From Calditrichaceae bacterium (lineage in GTDB: Bacteria; Calditrichota; Calditrichia; Calditrichales; JBFXGD01): a DNA stretch of 64,000 nucleotides. The translations under genes and the position numbers were made by a program. The notes under the pieces were generated by a model. The model searched no databases and was not told where the DNA came from. It saw only the letters and a program-made list of their open reading frames with translations. Location: assembly GCA_050173015.1 (NCBI GenBank), contig JBFXLE010000002.1:222378-286377 (forward strand). Direction: 5' to 3'. This document shows, piece by piece, positions 30,200-39,822 of the stretch. How positions within the stretch are numbered: the first letter of the stretch is position 1; each line of letters begins with the position of its first letter.

Positions 30200-31755
30200 C
30201 AGGCGAAATCCACTGAACGGAATTCACGTATCACAACAACTTTTATCTGACCGGGATAATCAATTTCGGTTTGTATTTTTTTTGCAATGTCGTTTGCAAG
30301 TTGAAAACTTACACCATCATCAACTTTTTCATGATCGATGATGACCCGTACTTCCTTGCCTGCCTGAATGGCATACGCGGAGTTCACACCTTCAAATGAT
30401 TCCGCGATTCCTTCTACGGAGCGCATTCTTTGTATAAAATTCTCAACCACTTCTCTTCTTGCACCCGGCCTGGCACTGCTGATTTCGTTGGCGACCTGTA
30501 CGATGACAGAAATCGGGGAAATAGCTTCGGCGTCACCATGATGCGCCAGTATTGCATTCAGAACAATCGGATGCTCACCATATTTTTTAACAAATTCATA
30601 ACCCAGCTTACTGTGATTGCCATCGGTATGTCTTTCAACAACACGTCCGATATCATGCAATATCCCTGCCCTTTTGGCTAAAACTTCATCCAGTCCCAGT
30701 TCCGCGGCTATGATACCGGAGATAATGGCAACCTCCTTACTGTGTTGCAAGACATTCTGCCCATAACTTGTTCTGAATCTCAGCTTACCCAGCATATTGA
30801 CCAGATCGGGATGCAAACCGTGGATACCGGTTTCAAGCAAGGCCTGCTCACCCAATTCATTAAAATATTCGTGCATTTCCTGTTTTATTTTTTCATACGA
30901 TTCTTCAATTCTTCCTGGGTGAATTCGTCCATCCGTTACCAGTTTTTCCATGGTGATGCGGGCAAGTTCCCGCCGGTACGGATCAAATCCGCTGAGGATC
31001 ACAGCTTCAGGAGTGTCATCAACAATGACATCCACACCGGTTACGGTTTCAAAAGCGCGAATATTTCGCCCTTCCCTGCCAATTATACGCCCTTTCATGT
31101 CATCACTGGGAAGAGTTACAATAGAGACGGTGGATTCAACAGCATGATCGGCCGCCATTTGCTGAATCGATGAAATGATGATATTTTTTGCTTTGGACTC
31201 CGCTTCCTTGGTGGCTTCCTCGATAATCTTATACACCTTTCCGGAAGCTTCCTTTTTGGCGTTTTCAATCAGATTATCAAGTAGAATTTTCCTGGCTTCT
31301 TCCCTTGTTAATCCGGAGATAGATTCCAATTTTTTATTGGCTTCATCCCACATTTGATCTAGTTTCTGCTGACGAATCCGGATCTGATTTTCTTTGTTTT
31401 TGAGATCCCGCTGCTGTAGGAAAATTTCCCTGTCTTTTTTAGAAATCAAATCCGCCTTGCGATCCAGGTTATTCTCTTTATTCGCGAGTTCCGATTCGAT
31501 TTTATTTAAAGAATTTCTCTTGGATTTAAACTCATCTTCCAGCTTTTGTTTTAGAAGATAAAGTTCTTCCTGAGCTTCCAGGATTTTCTCTTTTTTGTTG
31601 TTTTCTGCTTCAGCTTTTGCATCTAAGAGTATGGTTTCCGCCATTTGACGCGCCGCGGAAAGCCCCTTTTTGCCCAGTATGGTGTTCGCGAACCAGCCGA
31701 TGAAAAAAAACAATATGCTAACGAAAACGGCCAGTACAATCACAATTGTGCTCAT
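30199..31755 (-). CDS. rny: Ribonuclease Y
   Basis: N-terminal TM, coiled coil, KH domain (MKGRIIGREGRNIR), HD domain (RTSYGQNVLQHS...LHDIG), AIQAGKEVRV. Confidence 0.95.
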   Translation of the reverse strand: MSTIVIVLAVFVSILFFFIGWFANTILGKKGLSAARQMAETILLDAKAEAENNKKEKILEAQEELYLLKQKLEDEFKSKRNSLNKIESELANKENNLDRKADLISKKDREIFLQQRDLKNKENQIRIRQQKLDQMWDEANKKLESISGLTREEARKILLDNLIENAKKEASGKVYKIIEEATKEAESKAKNIIISSIQQMAADHAVESTVSIVTLPSDDMKGRIIGREGRNIRAFETVTGVDVIVDDTPEAVILSGFDPYRRELARITMEKLVTDGRIHPGRIEESYEKIKQEMHEYFNELGEQALLETGIHGLHPDLVNMLGKLRFRTSYGQNVLQHSKEVAIISGIIAAELGLDEVLAKRAGILHDIGRVVERHTDGNHSKLGYEFVKKYGEHPIVLNAILAHHGDAEAISPISVIVQVANEISSARPGARREVVENFIQRMRSVEGIAESFEGVNSAYAIQAGKEVRVIIDHEKVDDGVSFQLANDIAKKIQTEIDYPGQIKVVVIREFRSVDFA

Positions 31756-31822
31756 TGATCCTCCTCAGAATCCCGATTAACGGGGAGGTGTGCTTTCTAT
31801 CTTAATTTTATGAAAATAAAAA

Positions 31823-31997
31823 AAACCCTGTACTTAAACATGATCTAATGATAAAGAACCTTTTTCGACATGATGGGCACCTCCTGAACGGTTTACGCTT
31901 CCTCTCAAAGGAGGCATGCATTTGACGCTCAGAGTTAGTTCCCTGAGTATAATGGTGTTGGTCCTTTACTTAGACCCATGTATAAGATACAGGGTTT
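31823..31997 (-). ncRNA. ssrS: 6S RNA
   Basis: About 175-nt intergenic rod with complementary ends (AAACCCTGTA / TACAGGGTTT; CATG and TCTAA inner pairs) in the conserved zapA-6S-rny position. Confidence 0.8.
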
Positions 31998-32017
31998 CGT
32001 AAAAGTAAATAATAACC

Positions 32018-32305
32018 TTACTCGTCCACGAGTTCAGTTAAGGAACGATTCATTTTTCTTGCTTCTTCATTCAGCTGATCAAGTAATTTTTCTCGGTAAA
32101 GCCGCTCTTGAAAAAGTTCATCCGCTAAATTTAAAGCCGCAAGAATTGCAACTTTTATTGGTGATTTTAATGTCTGCGAGCGATCCGTTTCGCGCATTTT
32201 TTCATCAACATATTGTGCAATTTTATAAACATAATTTTCATCGTTATCAGAAACGAGAGTATATTCGGATCCGAAAATGTTTACTCGAATTTGGCCGGGA
32301 GCCAT
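32018..32305 (-). CDS. zapA: Cell division protein ZapA
   Basis: VNIFGSEY...IAQYVDEKM...VAILAALNLADEL. Confidence 0.92.
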   Translation of the reverse strand: MAPGQIRVNIFGSEYTLVSDNDENYVYKIAQYVDEKMRETDRSQTLKSPIKVAILAALNLADELFQERLYREKLLDQLNEEARKMNRSLTELVDE

Positions 32306-32322
32306 TCTGATTGTTCCTTTTA

Positions 32323-32613
32323 CTAAGAATCAACACCACTATTACTATAAGAGTATAACTCTAACTGAGTAACAAGTTTATCTAATCGAGTTTTTATCTC
32401 TCTGTTCTTTTCCTTTAAACTGTCATTCTCTTTTTTCAAATTTTTTATGATTTCTGTTTCAGTGCCTGAAGGCAACTGCTCGATCGCCTGTATTTTTTTT
32501 TTGATTTCCTTGTTCTCTTTTTCAAGCAGAGCGTTTTTTTGGCGCAACTGACGTATTTTAATACTAACGTCTTCTACGAGCTCCTGGAGCCTGTCGAACT
32601 GATCCAGTTTCAT
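32323..32613 (-). CDS. Coiled-coil protein, ZapB-like
   Basis: All-heptad sequence between pheT and zapA; likely start MKLDQF at 32613. Confidence 0.7.
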   Translation of the reverse strand: MKLDQFDRLQELVEDVSIKIRQLRQKNALLEKENKEIKKKIQAIEQLPSGTETEIIKNLKKENDSLKEKNREIKTRLDKLVTQLELYSYSNSGVDS

Positions 32614-32617
32614 AAAA

Positions 32618-34999
32618 TCACTTTCGCAATCTCGCGTTAAATTTTCGCTCTGATTCACTAATAATCTTACGGAATATCTTATCCACTTCCTTATCGCTCA
32701 GGGTCCGCTCGGATGATTGAAATCTCATCCTGATGGCCAGGCTCTTCTGAGATTCAGGAAGATTATTCCCGCGATATACATCAAAGATATCGACATGATT
32801 CAATAATGGCCTGCCGATTTCGTTTACAAAGCTAATTACATCAGCGGAACTGATCTCTTCATTCATAACCAATGCCATATCTACTTCAATATACGGAAAT
32901 TTCGGCACAGGAACATATTTTTTGGAAGTTGTCAATTTCCCGACAATTAAATCAACATCAAATTCAAATGCATAAACAGGATTATTTATTCCAAAAGATT
33001 TAATGATCTTGTCGTCAACTCTTCCGCAATATCCAAAGATCTGATTTTTATAGGAAAACGCGATTGTTTCCTGACCGAGTAAATACGCATATTTATCATA
33101 TAAAATAATATGAAAGTTGTCAAGAAATATTTTCGCCAGGAACGACTCAGCGATTCCTTTAGCATCGTAAAAATCAACCATTTCCGTTGAAGAATTCCAG
33201 GTTTGCGGAAAGCGTTTTCCACTGATTACGCCGGCAATAATTTTTGGCTGATCGGGTAGCCGGTCTTTTTTATAATTCCTGAAAACCCTGCCGATCTCGA
33301 ATAACCGGATATCCTGAATATTTCTGTTTTGATTATGAGCAATGGCTTTCAACAAACCCGGCAACAATGAGGGACGCATCGTTGTCATATCATCGCTAAT
33401 CGGATTAAGAATGGTTACAGTCTCCCCCTGACTGAATGGCTGGGCTTCATCTGAACGCAGCATACTATTACTGAATGATTCATTTAAGCCTAATTCAATT
33501 AAATGGTCTCTCATCCGCGATACAATTTTTTCAGAAGAGTTTTCATCAATCTCGTATGGTATCTCTGTCGTTATATTAACAGGTAGGTTCTCAAAACTGA
33601 CCAATCTCGCCACTTCTTCGATCAGGTCAACTTCCCTCTGTAAATCAACACGATACGTGGGGATGATTGCTTTTTTTTGACGGTAATCAATACCAAGACT
33701 TTTCAGTTTTTCAATAATCACCGTGGTTTCCAGATTGGATCCGAGTAATTTATTTACCCTTTCCGGGCGAAAATGCACTTCCTGTTTCTCGACCGGATCA
33801 GGGTACACATCCAAAATACCCTGTGCTATTTCCCCGCCGGCTATTTCAGATATCAGAGCCGTCGCGCGGTTTAATGCAAGCAATACGCCATTAGGATCGG
33901 CTCCTCTTTCAAAGCGCTGAGAGGCTTCCGTTCCCAGACCAAGTTTTTTACTTGATGTTGAAATACGTACAGGATTAAAATATGCGCTCTCGAGCAAAAT
34001 ATTCACTGTTTTGTCGGATACTTCAGAATTTAAACCTCCCATTATTCCACCGATTGCCACCGCTTTGGACCGATCACAGATCATCACTGTTTTTTCAGGG
34101 AGTTCACGCTCTTTTTCATCAAGAGTAACGAATTTTTCACCGGGCGCGCTGAACCGAACATTGATTTCAGAACCATAAATATTGTCCAGATCGAACGCAT
34201 GAAGCGGATGTCCCAATTCCATTAAAACATAATTTGTAATATCGACAACATTATTGATGGACCGAATGCCGACAGCCTGCAATTTTTCTTTAATCCACTC
34301 CGGGCTTTCATCAATTTTTACATTTTTTATGACCCTGGCGGCATATCTGGGACAGCCGTCGGCGGACTGAATATTGATTGAGGCTAGGTCCGCTGCTTTT
34401 AAAGCAGAATTTTCAGCTAGATTTATTTCCGGTAAACGAAGTTTATTACCGGTGATGGCAGATATCTCACGGGCGACGCCAACGATGCTCATACAATCCG
34501 GTCGGTTTGGAGTAATAAACAGATCAAGGATATGGTCCTGTTTTTCAGCCAGTATCTTGTAGAAATCATCACCCGTCGTAACCGGATCTTCAAGAGCCCA
34601 GATACCGTCGGACGCGGTTTCAATCCCAAGTTCCTGTTTCGAACAGATCATTCCGAAAGAAACCACACCGCGAATTTTAGCTTTTCTGATTTTCATCCCG
34701 TTGGGCAGGACTGCGTCGACTTTTGCGAAGGGAACCAATTGCCCCTCGGCAACATTCGGCGCGCCGCAGATGACCTGAAAATCTTCTTCCCCGTCCGACA
34801 CCGTACAAACAGAGAGTTTATCCGCATCCGGGTGTTTGTTCACTGATTTCACATTCCCGACCACAACACCTGAGAATTCAGGGATCAAGGTATTAATTTC
34901 TTCTACCTCGATACCAAGATTTGTTAATTTATCAGCCAGTTCATCCGGCGAATAATTAAAATCGATGTATTTTTTTAACCAATCGTAAGAAAGTTTCAT
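32618..34999 (-). CDS. pheT: Phenylalanine--tRNA ligase beta subunit
   Basis: HPDADKL, ICGAPN, TPNRPD, RFERG, DLIEEVAR, C-terminal FDX-ACB domain. Confidence 0.97.
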   Translation of the reverse strand: MKLSYDWLKKYIDFNYSPDELADKLTNLGIEVEEINTLIPEFSGVVVGNVKSVNKHPDADKLSVCTVSDGEEDFQVICGAPNVAEGQLVPFAKVDAVLPNGMKIRKAKIRGVVSFGMICSKQELGIETASDGIWALEDPVTTGDDFYKILAEKQDHILDLFITPNRPDCMSIVGVAREISAITGNKLRLPEINLAENSALKAADLASINIQSADGCPRYAARVIKNVKIDESPEWIKEKLQAVGIRSINNVVDITNYVLMELGHPLHAFDLDNIYGSEINVRFSAPGEKFVTLDEKERELPEKTVMICDRSKAVAIGGIMGGLNSEVSDKTVNILLESAYFNPVRISTSSKKLGLGTEASQRFERGADPNGVLLALNRATALISEIAGGEIAQGILDVYPDPVEKQEVHFRPERVNKLLGSNLETTVIIEKLKSLGIDYRQKKAIIPTYRVDLQREVDLIEEVARLVSFENLPVNITTEIPYEIDENSSEKIVSRMRDHLIELGLNESFSNSMLRSDEAQPFSQGETVTILNPISDDMTTMRPSLLPGLLKAIAHNQNRNIQDIRLFEIGRVFRNYKKDRLPDQPKIIAGVISGKRFPQTWNSSTEMVDFYDAKGIAESFLAKIFLDNFHIILYDKYAYLLGQETIAFSYKNQIFGYCGRVDDKIIKSFGINNPVYAFEFDVDLIVGKLTTSKKYVPVPKFPYIEVDMALVMNEEISSADVISFVNEIGRPLLNHVDIFDVYRGNNLPESQKSLAIRMRFQSSERTLSDKEVDKIFRKIISESERKFNARLRK

Positions 35000-35012
35000 T
35001 TTTTATATACCA

Positions 35013-36020
35013 TTAAAATTGTCTTAAGAATCGTAAATCATTTTCAAAAAACAGGCGAATATCGTCTATTCCAAATTTTAGCATGGCGATCCTGTCAATC
35101 CCCATTCCAAAGGCGTATCCCGTGTATTTTTCAGGATCGTACCCAACAGATTCAAATACTTTTGGATCCACCATACCAGAGCCCGAGATTTCCAGCCAGC
35201 CCGTATTTTTACAAACACGACAACCCTTGCCGCGGCAAAAAACGCAATTGAAATCATATTCCGCGCTGGGTTCTGTGAATGGGAAGAAACTTGGACGGAA
35301 GCGTACCTTTATATCTTCTCCAAACATCCGATGCGCGAAGGCCTGTATTATCCCTTTTAAATCCGCAAAAGTGACATCTTCCCCGACAACCAGCCCTTCA
35401 ACCTGATGAAAAAACGGAGAGTGGCTCGCATCCGGCGTATCACGCCGATAGACTCTTCCCGGAGCGATCATTCGTATCGGCGGTTTCTTTTTTTCCATCA
35501 CACGGATCTGAACCGGTGATGTATGGGTTCTGAGCACGATTTCTTCGCTCACATACAGGGTATCCTGCATATTTCTCGCCGGATGGGATTTGGGAATATT
35601 TAAAGCTTCAAAATTATAATAATCCGTCTCAACTTCAGGTCCGTCTTCAATCGTGAATCCCAGACTTCTGAATATTGATTTCACTTCATCCTCAACCTGA
35701 ATCAGCGGATGTTTTCTTCCGGTGAACTGCTTTCTTCCCGGTAGTGTCAGATCAATGTTTCCTGTCCCGGTTTTCTTTTTCTCAAAATTTTTTGCGAGTT
35801 CATTATACCGGGCGTCAAAGGACACCTTCATTTTGTTCAAAGCCTGCCCGAGAGCGGGTTTTTCTTCTTTTGCAGCGCTGCCAAGCATCACAAAAGCCTC
35901 ACTGACCAGGCCTTTCCTGCCAAGATATTTTACGCGAAGATTTTCAAGCGCTTCGGGGTTTTCAACACTTGCTGCGTCTTTTTCAAATTCATCGGTAATT
36001 TGTTCAATTTTTTTCAACAT
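35013..36020 (-). CDS. pheS: Phenylalanine--tRNA ligase alpha subunit
   Basis: HPAR, LRTHTS, FHQVEG, FPFTEPS, AFGMGIDR. Confidence 0.97.
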   Translation of the reverse strand: MLKKIEQITDEFEKDAASVENPEALENLRVKYLGRKGLVSEAFVMLGSAAKEEKPALGQALNKMKVSFDARYNELAKNFEKKKTGTGNIDLTLPGRKQFTGRKHPLIQVEDEVKSIFRSLGFTIEDGPEVETDYYNFEALNIPKSHPARNMQDTLYVSEEIVLRTHTSPVQIRVMEKKKPPIRMIAPGRVYRRDTPDASHSPFFHQVEGLVVGEDVTFADLKGIIQAFAHRMFGEDIKVRFRPSFFPFTEPSAEYDFNCVFCRGKGCRVCKNTGWLEISGSGMVDPKVFESVGYDPEKYTGYAFGMGIDRIAMLKFGIDDIRLFFENDLRFLRQF

Positions 36021-36047
36021 TTTCGACCTATACACTTATACACATAC

Positions 36048-36082
36048 AAAAAAAGGAAGTGCTGAAGTTAAAACACCTCCTT
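36048..36082 (-). terminator. Terminator-like hairpin between rplT and pheS
   Basis: Minus strand AAGGAGGTG...CACTTCCTT followed by a U tract. Confidence 0.65.
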
Positions 36083-36116
36083 AAAAACTTCCTAAACCAG
36101 TAAAAGCATTTTAAAA

Positions 36117-36464
36117 TTAAGCCGTAACCTGTTTAACCAACTGTTCAAAATCGCCAGGATTTTTGACCGCCATATCGGCAAGCGCCTTACGATTCAGTTC
36201 AACATTCGCTTTTTTTAGTTTATCCATAAAAACAGAATAAGAAACACCATAAAGCCTGCAGGCTGCGTTTATTCTTGTGATCCATAATTTACGAAAATTT
36301 CTTTTGTTCACACGGCGATCACGGTAGGCGTAAGACCAGCTTTTTTCAACCTGATCCTTAGCGGTAGCATACAAGCGGCTTTTACCCAGCCTGTATCCCT
36401 TTGCAGCCTTTAATACTTTTTTTCTTCTCTGTCGGGCCGCGACATTATTCGTTGCACGTGGCAT
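36117..36464 (-). CDS. rplT: 50S ribosomal protein L20
   Basis: MPRA...AKGY...YAYRDR...[12 protein letters not shown]...LNRK. Confidence 0.98.
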   Translation of the reverse strand: MPRATNNVAARQRRKKVLKAAKGYRLGKSRLYATAKDQVEKSWSYAYRDRRVNKRNFRKLWITRINAACRLYGVSYSVFMDKLKKANVELNRKALADMAVKNPGDFEQLVKQVTA

Positions 36465-36489
36465 TTTATAATCTCCTATCTACTTTCAA

Positions 36490-36684
36490 TTATTTCAAAA
36501 TCATCTTATGAACTCTTGGCGAGTCCGCTCCTGAAACCAGGCCTTCTTTTCTTAAATTTCTTTTTCTTTTAGTCGATTTTTTTGTCAATATGTGGCTGTG
36601 ATAGGCAGAATGCCGTTTTATTTTGCCACTCGCAGTGACTTTGAAGCGTTTCGCCGCGCCTCGGTTTGATTTCATCTTTGGCAT
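36490..36684 (-). CDS. rpmI: 50S ribosomal protein L35
   Basis: [21 protein letters not shown]...HILTKK. Confidence 0.98.
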   Translation of the reverse strand: MPKMKSNRGAAKRFKVTASGKIKRHSAYHSHILTKKSTKRKRNLRKEGLVSGADSPRVHKMILK

Positions 36685-36699
36685 ATATCTTCATCCTTT

Positions 36700-37209
36700 C
36701 TACTTTTGTGTCAAAATCATGGTCATATTGCGGCCTTCAAATTTTCTTGGGCCTTCAATCTTTGCTACATCGCTTAGCATTTCAAGAATCCGATCCAATA
36801 ATTGTTCTCCGAATTCCTTGTACGCAAGTTCACGCCCACGAAACTGAACGGTAAATTTAACTTTATGTTTTTGTTCTAAAAACGCACGAGCATGTTTTAC
36901 TTTAAAATCCAAATCATGGACATCTGTTTTTGGACGCATACGAATTTCTTTTACAACTACGGTATGCTGTTTCTTTTTGTTGATTTTTTCTTTTTTACTC
37001 TGTTCATAAATATACTTACCAAAATCCATTATTTTACAAACAGGTGGTTTTGCCGTCGGCGCTATTTCAACCAGATCGAGTCCCTGTTCCAAAGCCATTT
37101 CCTGCGCTTTTTTAATTTCTACAATTCCCGCCTGTTGTCCTTCACTGTCTATTAAGCGTACTTCCGGCGCCTGAATTTCCTGATTGGTTTTTACTTTTGC
37201 TTGTGCGAT
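36700..37209 (-). CDS. infC: Translation initiation factor IF-3, ATC start
   Basis: The frame extends 37 codons upstream of the track's ATG to an ATC 7 nt after AAGGAG, adding NQEIQAPEVRLID. Confidence 0.93.
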   Translation of the reverse strand: MAQAKVKTNQEIQAPEVRLIDSEGQQAGIVEIKKAQEMALEQGLDLVEIAPTAKPPVCKIMDFGKYIYEQSKKEKINKKKQHTVVVKEIRMRPKTDVHDLDFKVKHARAFLEQKHKVKFTVQFRGRELAYKEFGEQLLDRILEMLSDVAKIEGPRKFEGRNMTMILTQK

Positions 37210-37242
37210 TTTTTGTCTCCTTATATTTTTAAAACTTCGCTT

Positions 37243-39153
37243 TTAATTATCGATTTCCCGCGCCACTCTTTCAGTGAAGTCAGAGACAGACATTTGTCCA
37301 AGATCTCCGTCTCCCTTGTGACGAACAGAAATCATTTCGGCATCAAGCTCTTTGTCCCCTATTATGATCATGTAAGGGATCTTATTTATTTCCGCTTCCC
37401 GGATTTTATAACCGATTTTTTCATTGCGTGAATCCAGTTCAACCCGAATCTTATTCGATTGCATTTTTTGTTTAATTTTGCGGGCATAATCTAAATGGCG
37501 GTCGGCAATTGGTATCAATTGTACCTGAACCGGTGAGAGCCAGAGCGGAAAATTACCGGCATATTGTTCGATCAAAATCCCGAAGAAGCGTTCTAAAGAT
37601 CCCAACAGAGCCCGATGAATTGTAATCGGTCTGTAAGCGATACCATCCGCATCAACAAAATTCAGATCAAATCGTTCAGGTAAATTGAAATCAACCTGTA
37701 TGGTCGAACACTGCCAGGAACGTCCCAGAACATCTTTAATTTTAATGTCTATTTTGGGACCATAGAACACTCCCTCGCCGGGATCCACAGAAAACTTTAT
37801 TTTTCGTAACTCAAGAGCATCGCGAAGCGCGTCAGTCGCGTGTTCCCAGTTTTCCTCGCTTCCAACAAATTTCTCGGGCCTGGTTGAGAGATAAACATCA
37901 TATTCATTAAATCCAAATTTCCCTAGCATTTTGATCGTTAAGTCCAAAACGCCCAGGATTTCATCGGTAAGCTGATTCGGGTGACAATAAATGTGGGCAT
38001 CATCCTGTGTGAATCCTCTTACTCTCATTAATCCATGCAGCACACCCGATCGTTCATAACGGTAAACGGTACCCAACTCAGCATACCTGATAGGTAAATC
38101 ACGATAACTGCGGATTTTAGTTTTGTAAATCATCATATGAAAAGGACAATTCATCGGTTTCAGTTGATAATCAACCTCATCAACCGACATGGGGCGAAAC
38201 ATATTTTCTGCATAAAAACCTGTATGGCCACTAGTTTCCCAGAGATTTAATTTCGCGATATGCGGAGAATTAACCAGCTCATAACCTGTGGCGAAATGCT
38301 CGTCTTTCCAGTAGCTCTCGATGAGATGACGAATCACAGAACCTTTCGGATGCCACAGAATCAATCCGCTTCCGACTTCATCCTGCACACTGAAAAGATC
38401 CAGCTCGCGGCCAAGTTTTCTGTGATCACGTTTTTTGGCTTCCTCAATCCGGAACAGATGCTCTTTTAGTTGTTTTTTGTCCGGATAATTTGTCGCGTAA
38501 ATGCGCTGGAGCATCTTATTGTGTTCATCACCCTTCCAGTACGCGCCAGCGACTGAGAGCAGCTTGAAATTCTTACCCAGAAGCCTGGTAGAAGATACAT
38601 GTGGACCGCGGCAAAGATCAGTAAACTCCCCTTGACTGTAAGCGGTAATTTCACCGTCCAATTCCCGTATAAGATCAATTTTCAACATTTCGTTTTTATT
38701 TTTAAAAAACTCAACGGCCTCGGAGGGAGTCATTACAGCGCGAACAACTTTATAATCATCTTCGACAATTTTCGCCATTTCACTTTCAATTGATTCAAAA
38801 TCATCCGGAGTGATTGGTCTTTCTAAATCAATATCATAGTAAAATCCATCCGATACGGGCGGACCAATTCCGAGCTGAGCTTCGGGAAATATACGTTTTA
38901 TGGCTTGAGCCATTAGGTGAGCCGATGAATGCCAGAAGACATCTCTTCCTTCATCATCCTGAAAAGTCAATATTTGAAGTTCACCCGATTCAATAATCGG
39001 ATCTGCCAGAGATATAATTTTACCGTTCAGCTTTGCCGCAACGGCTTTTTTAGCTAATGAATTACTTATCCCTTTTGCGATTTCCAGCGCAGACACGCCT
39101 TTTTCAAGGACCTGCACAGAATTATCAGGGAACTGAATCTTTATCTGTTCCAA
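37243..39153 (-). CDS. thrS: Threonine--tRNA ligase
   Basis: HSSAH, DLCRGPH, RDHRKLG, KPMNCP, RVRGFTQDDAH, FYGPKID; TTG start. Confidence 0.97.
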   Translation of the reverse strand: MEQIKIQFPDNSVQVLEKGVSALEIAKGISNSLAKKAVAAKLNGKIISLADPIIESGELQILTFQDDEGRDVFWHSSAHLMAQAIKRIFPEAQLGIGPPVSDGFYYDIDLERPITPDDFESIESEMAKIVEDDYKVVRAVMTPSEAVEFFKNKNEMLKIDLIRELDGEITAYSQGEFTDLCRGPHVSSTRLLGKNFKLLSVAGAYWKGDEHNKMLQRIYATNYPDKKQLKEHLFRIEEAKKRDHRKLGRELDLFSVQDEVGSGLILWHPKGSVIRHLIESYWKDEHFATGYELVNSPHIAKLNLWETSGHTGFYAENMFRPMSVDEVDYQLKPMNCPFHMMIYKTKIRSYRDLPIRYAELGTVYRYERSGVLHGLMRVRGFTQDDAHIYCHPNQLTDEILGVLDLTIKMLGKFGFNEYDVYLSTRPEKFVGSEENWEHATDALRDALELRKIKFSVDPGEGVFYGPKIDIKIKDVLGRSWQCSTIQVDFNLPERFDLNFVDADGIAYRPITIHRALLGSLERFFGILIEQYAGNFPLWLSPVQVQLIPIADRHLDYARKIKQKMQSNKIRVELDSRNEKIGYKIREAEINKIPYMIIIGDKELDAEMISVRHKGDGDLGQMSVSDFTERVAREIDN

Positions 39154-39194
39154 AGAATGTCATCCTCATTTAATTTGGCAATCATTTAATATCC

Positions 39195-39235
39195 AAATAA
39201 AACAAACCACGAGAAGAGGCGCCTCGTGGTCTGTT
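39195..39235 (-). terminator. Terminator after tRNA-Val
   Basis: ACCACGAG / CTCGTGGT stem followed by TTGTTTTATTT on the minus strand. Confidence 0.65.
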
Positions 39236-39236
39236 G

Positions 39237-39310
39237 TGGGACGAAAGAGATTCGAACTCATGACCTCTACGATGTCAACGTAGCGCTCTAACCAACTGAG
39301 CTATCGTCCC
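39237..39310 (-). tRNA. tRNA-Val(GAC)
   Basis: Anticodon arm CTACG-TTGACAT-CGTAG; standard cloverleaf. Confidence 0.95.
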
Positions 39311-39392
39311 CTGATACGCTTTCAAAGTCTTTAAATATAATAGTTAAGACCAATAAAATCAATACTATTTTTTCAGACCTTCTATAAAAATC

Positions 39393-39421
39393 AAAAACCC
39401 CCGGGGAGTTCCCAAGGGGTT
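39393..39421 (-). terminator. Terminator after tRNA-Tyr
   Basis: Minus strand AACCCC-ttGGGAACTCCCcg-GGGGTT stem plus T run. Confidence 0.65.
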
Positions 39422-39424
39422 GCG

Positions 39425-39507
39425 TGGGGAGGGGAGGATTCGAACCTCCGAAGGCTTCAGCCGACAGATTTACAGTCTGTTGCGTTTGACCGCTCCGCAA
39501 CCTCCCC
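39425..39507 (-). tRNA. tRNA-Tyr(GTA)
   Basis: Anticodon arm ACAGA-CTGTAAA-TCTGT; variable arm GGCTGAAGCC. Confidence 0.95.
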
Positions 39508-39596
39508 GTTTCTTAACGAGTTATCAATATACAAATAAAAAATAATTCAAGTCAATACTACTTCAGGTCCAAATTAAAAAAAAATAAAAAAAATTG

Positions 39597-39688
39597 CGGG
39601 AGTACGTGGGAGTCGAACCCACCCTCCGCCATCAGGCGGAACACGCAGTTTTGAAGACTGGGGAAGCCACCGGGCCTCATCTACTCCC
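39597..39688 (-). tRNA. selC: tRNA-Sec(TCA)
   Basis: 92 nt, 6-bp D stem GAGGCC-CGGT-GGCTTC, anticodon loop CTTCAAA, long variable arm, G discriminator. Confidence 0.92.
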
Positions 39689-39822
39689 ATGAATGGGAAA
39701 AAGAATATTAAAATTTCTCCTAAAAAGCAAACTTTTATGAAAATGTTTGTATCTTAAATTCCAGCTTGTTAATTTATACTACCTTCAATCATCTATCATC
39801 TTCAATTATTGCCGAGGTCATT

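Noticed and set aside
36036-36116. pheM-like attenuator or T-box upstream of pheS
   Set aside because: Only a terminator-like hairpin in an 80-bp gap; no Phe-rich leader ORF or T-box motif seen.
39288-39500. 70-aa ORF on the minus strand
   Set aside because: It overlaps the tRNA-Tyr and tRNA-Val genes.
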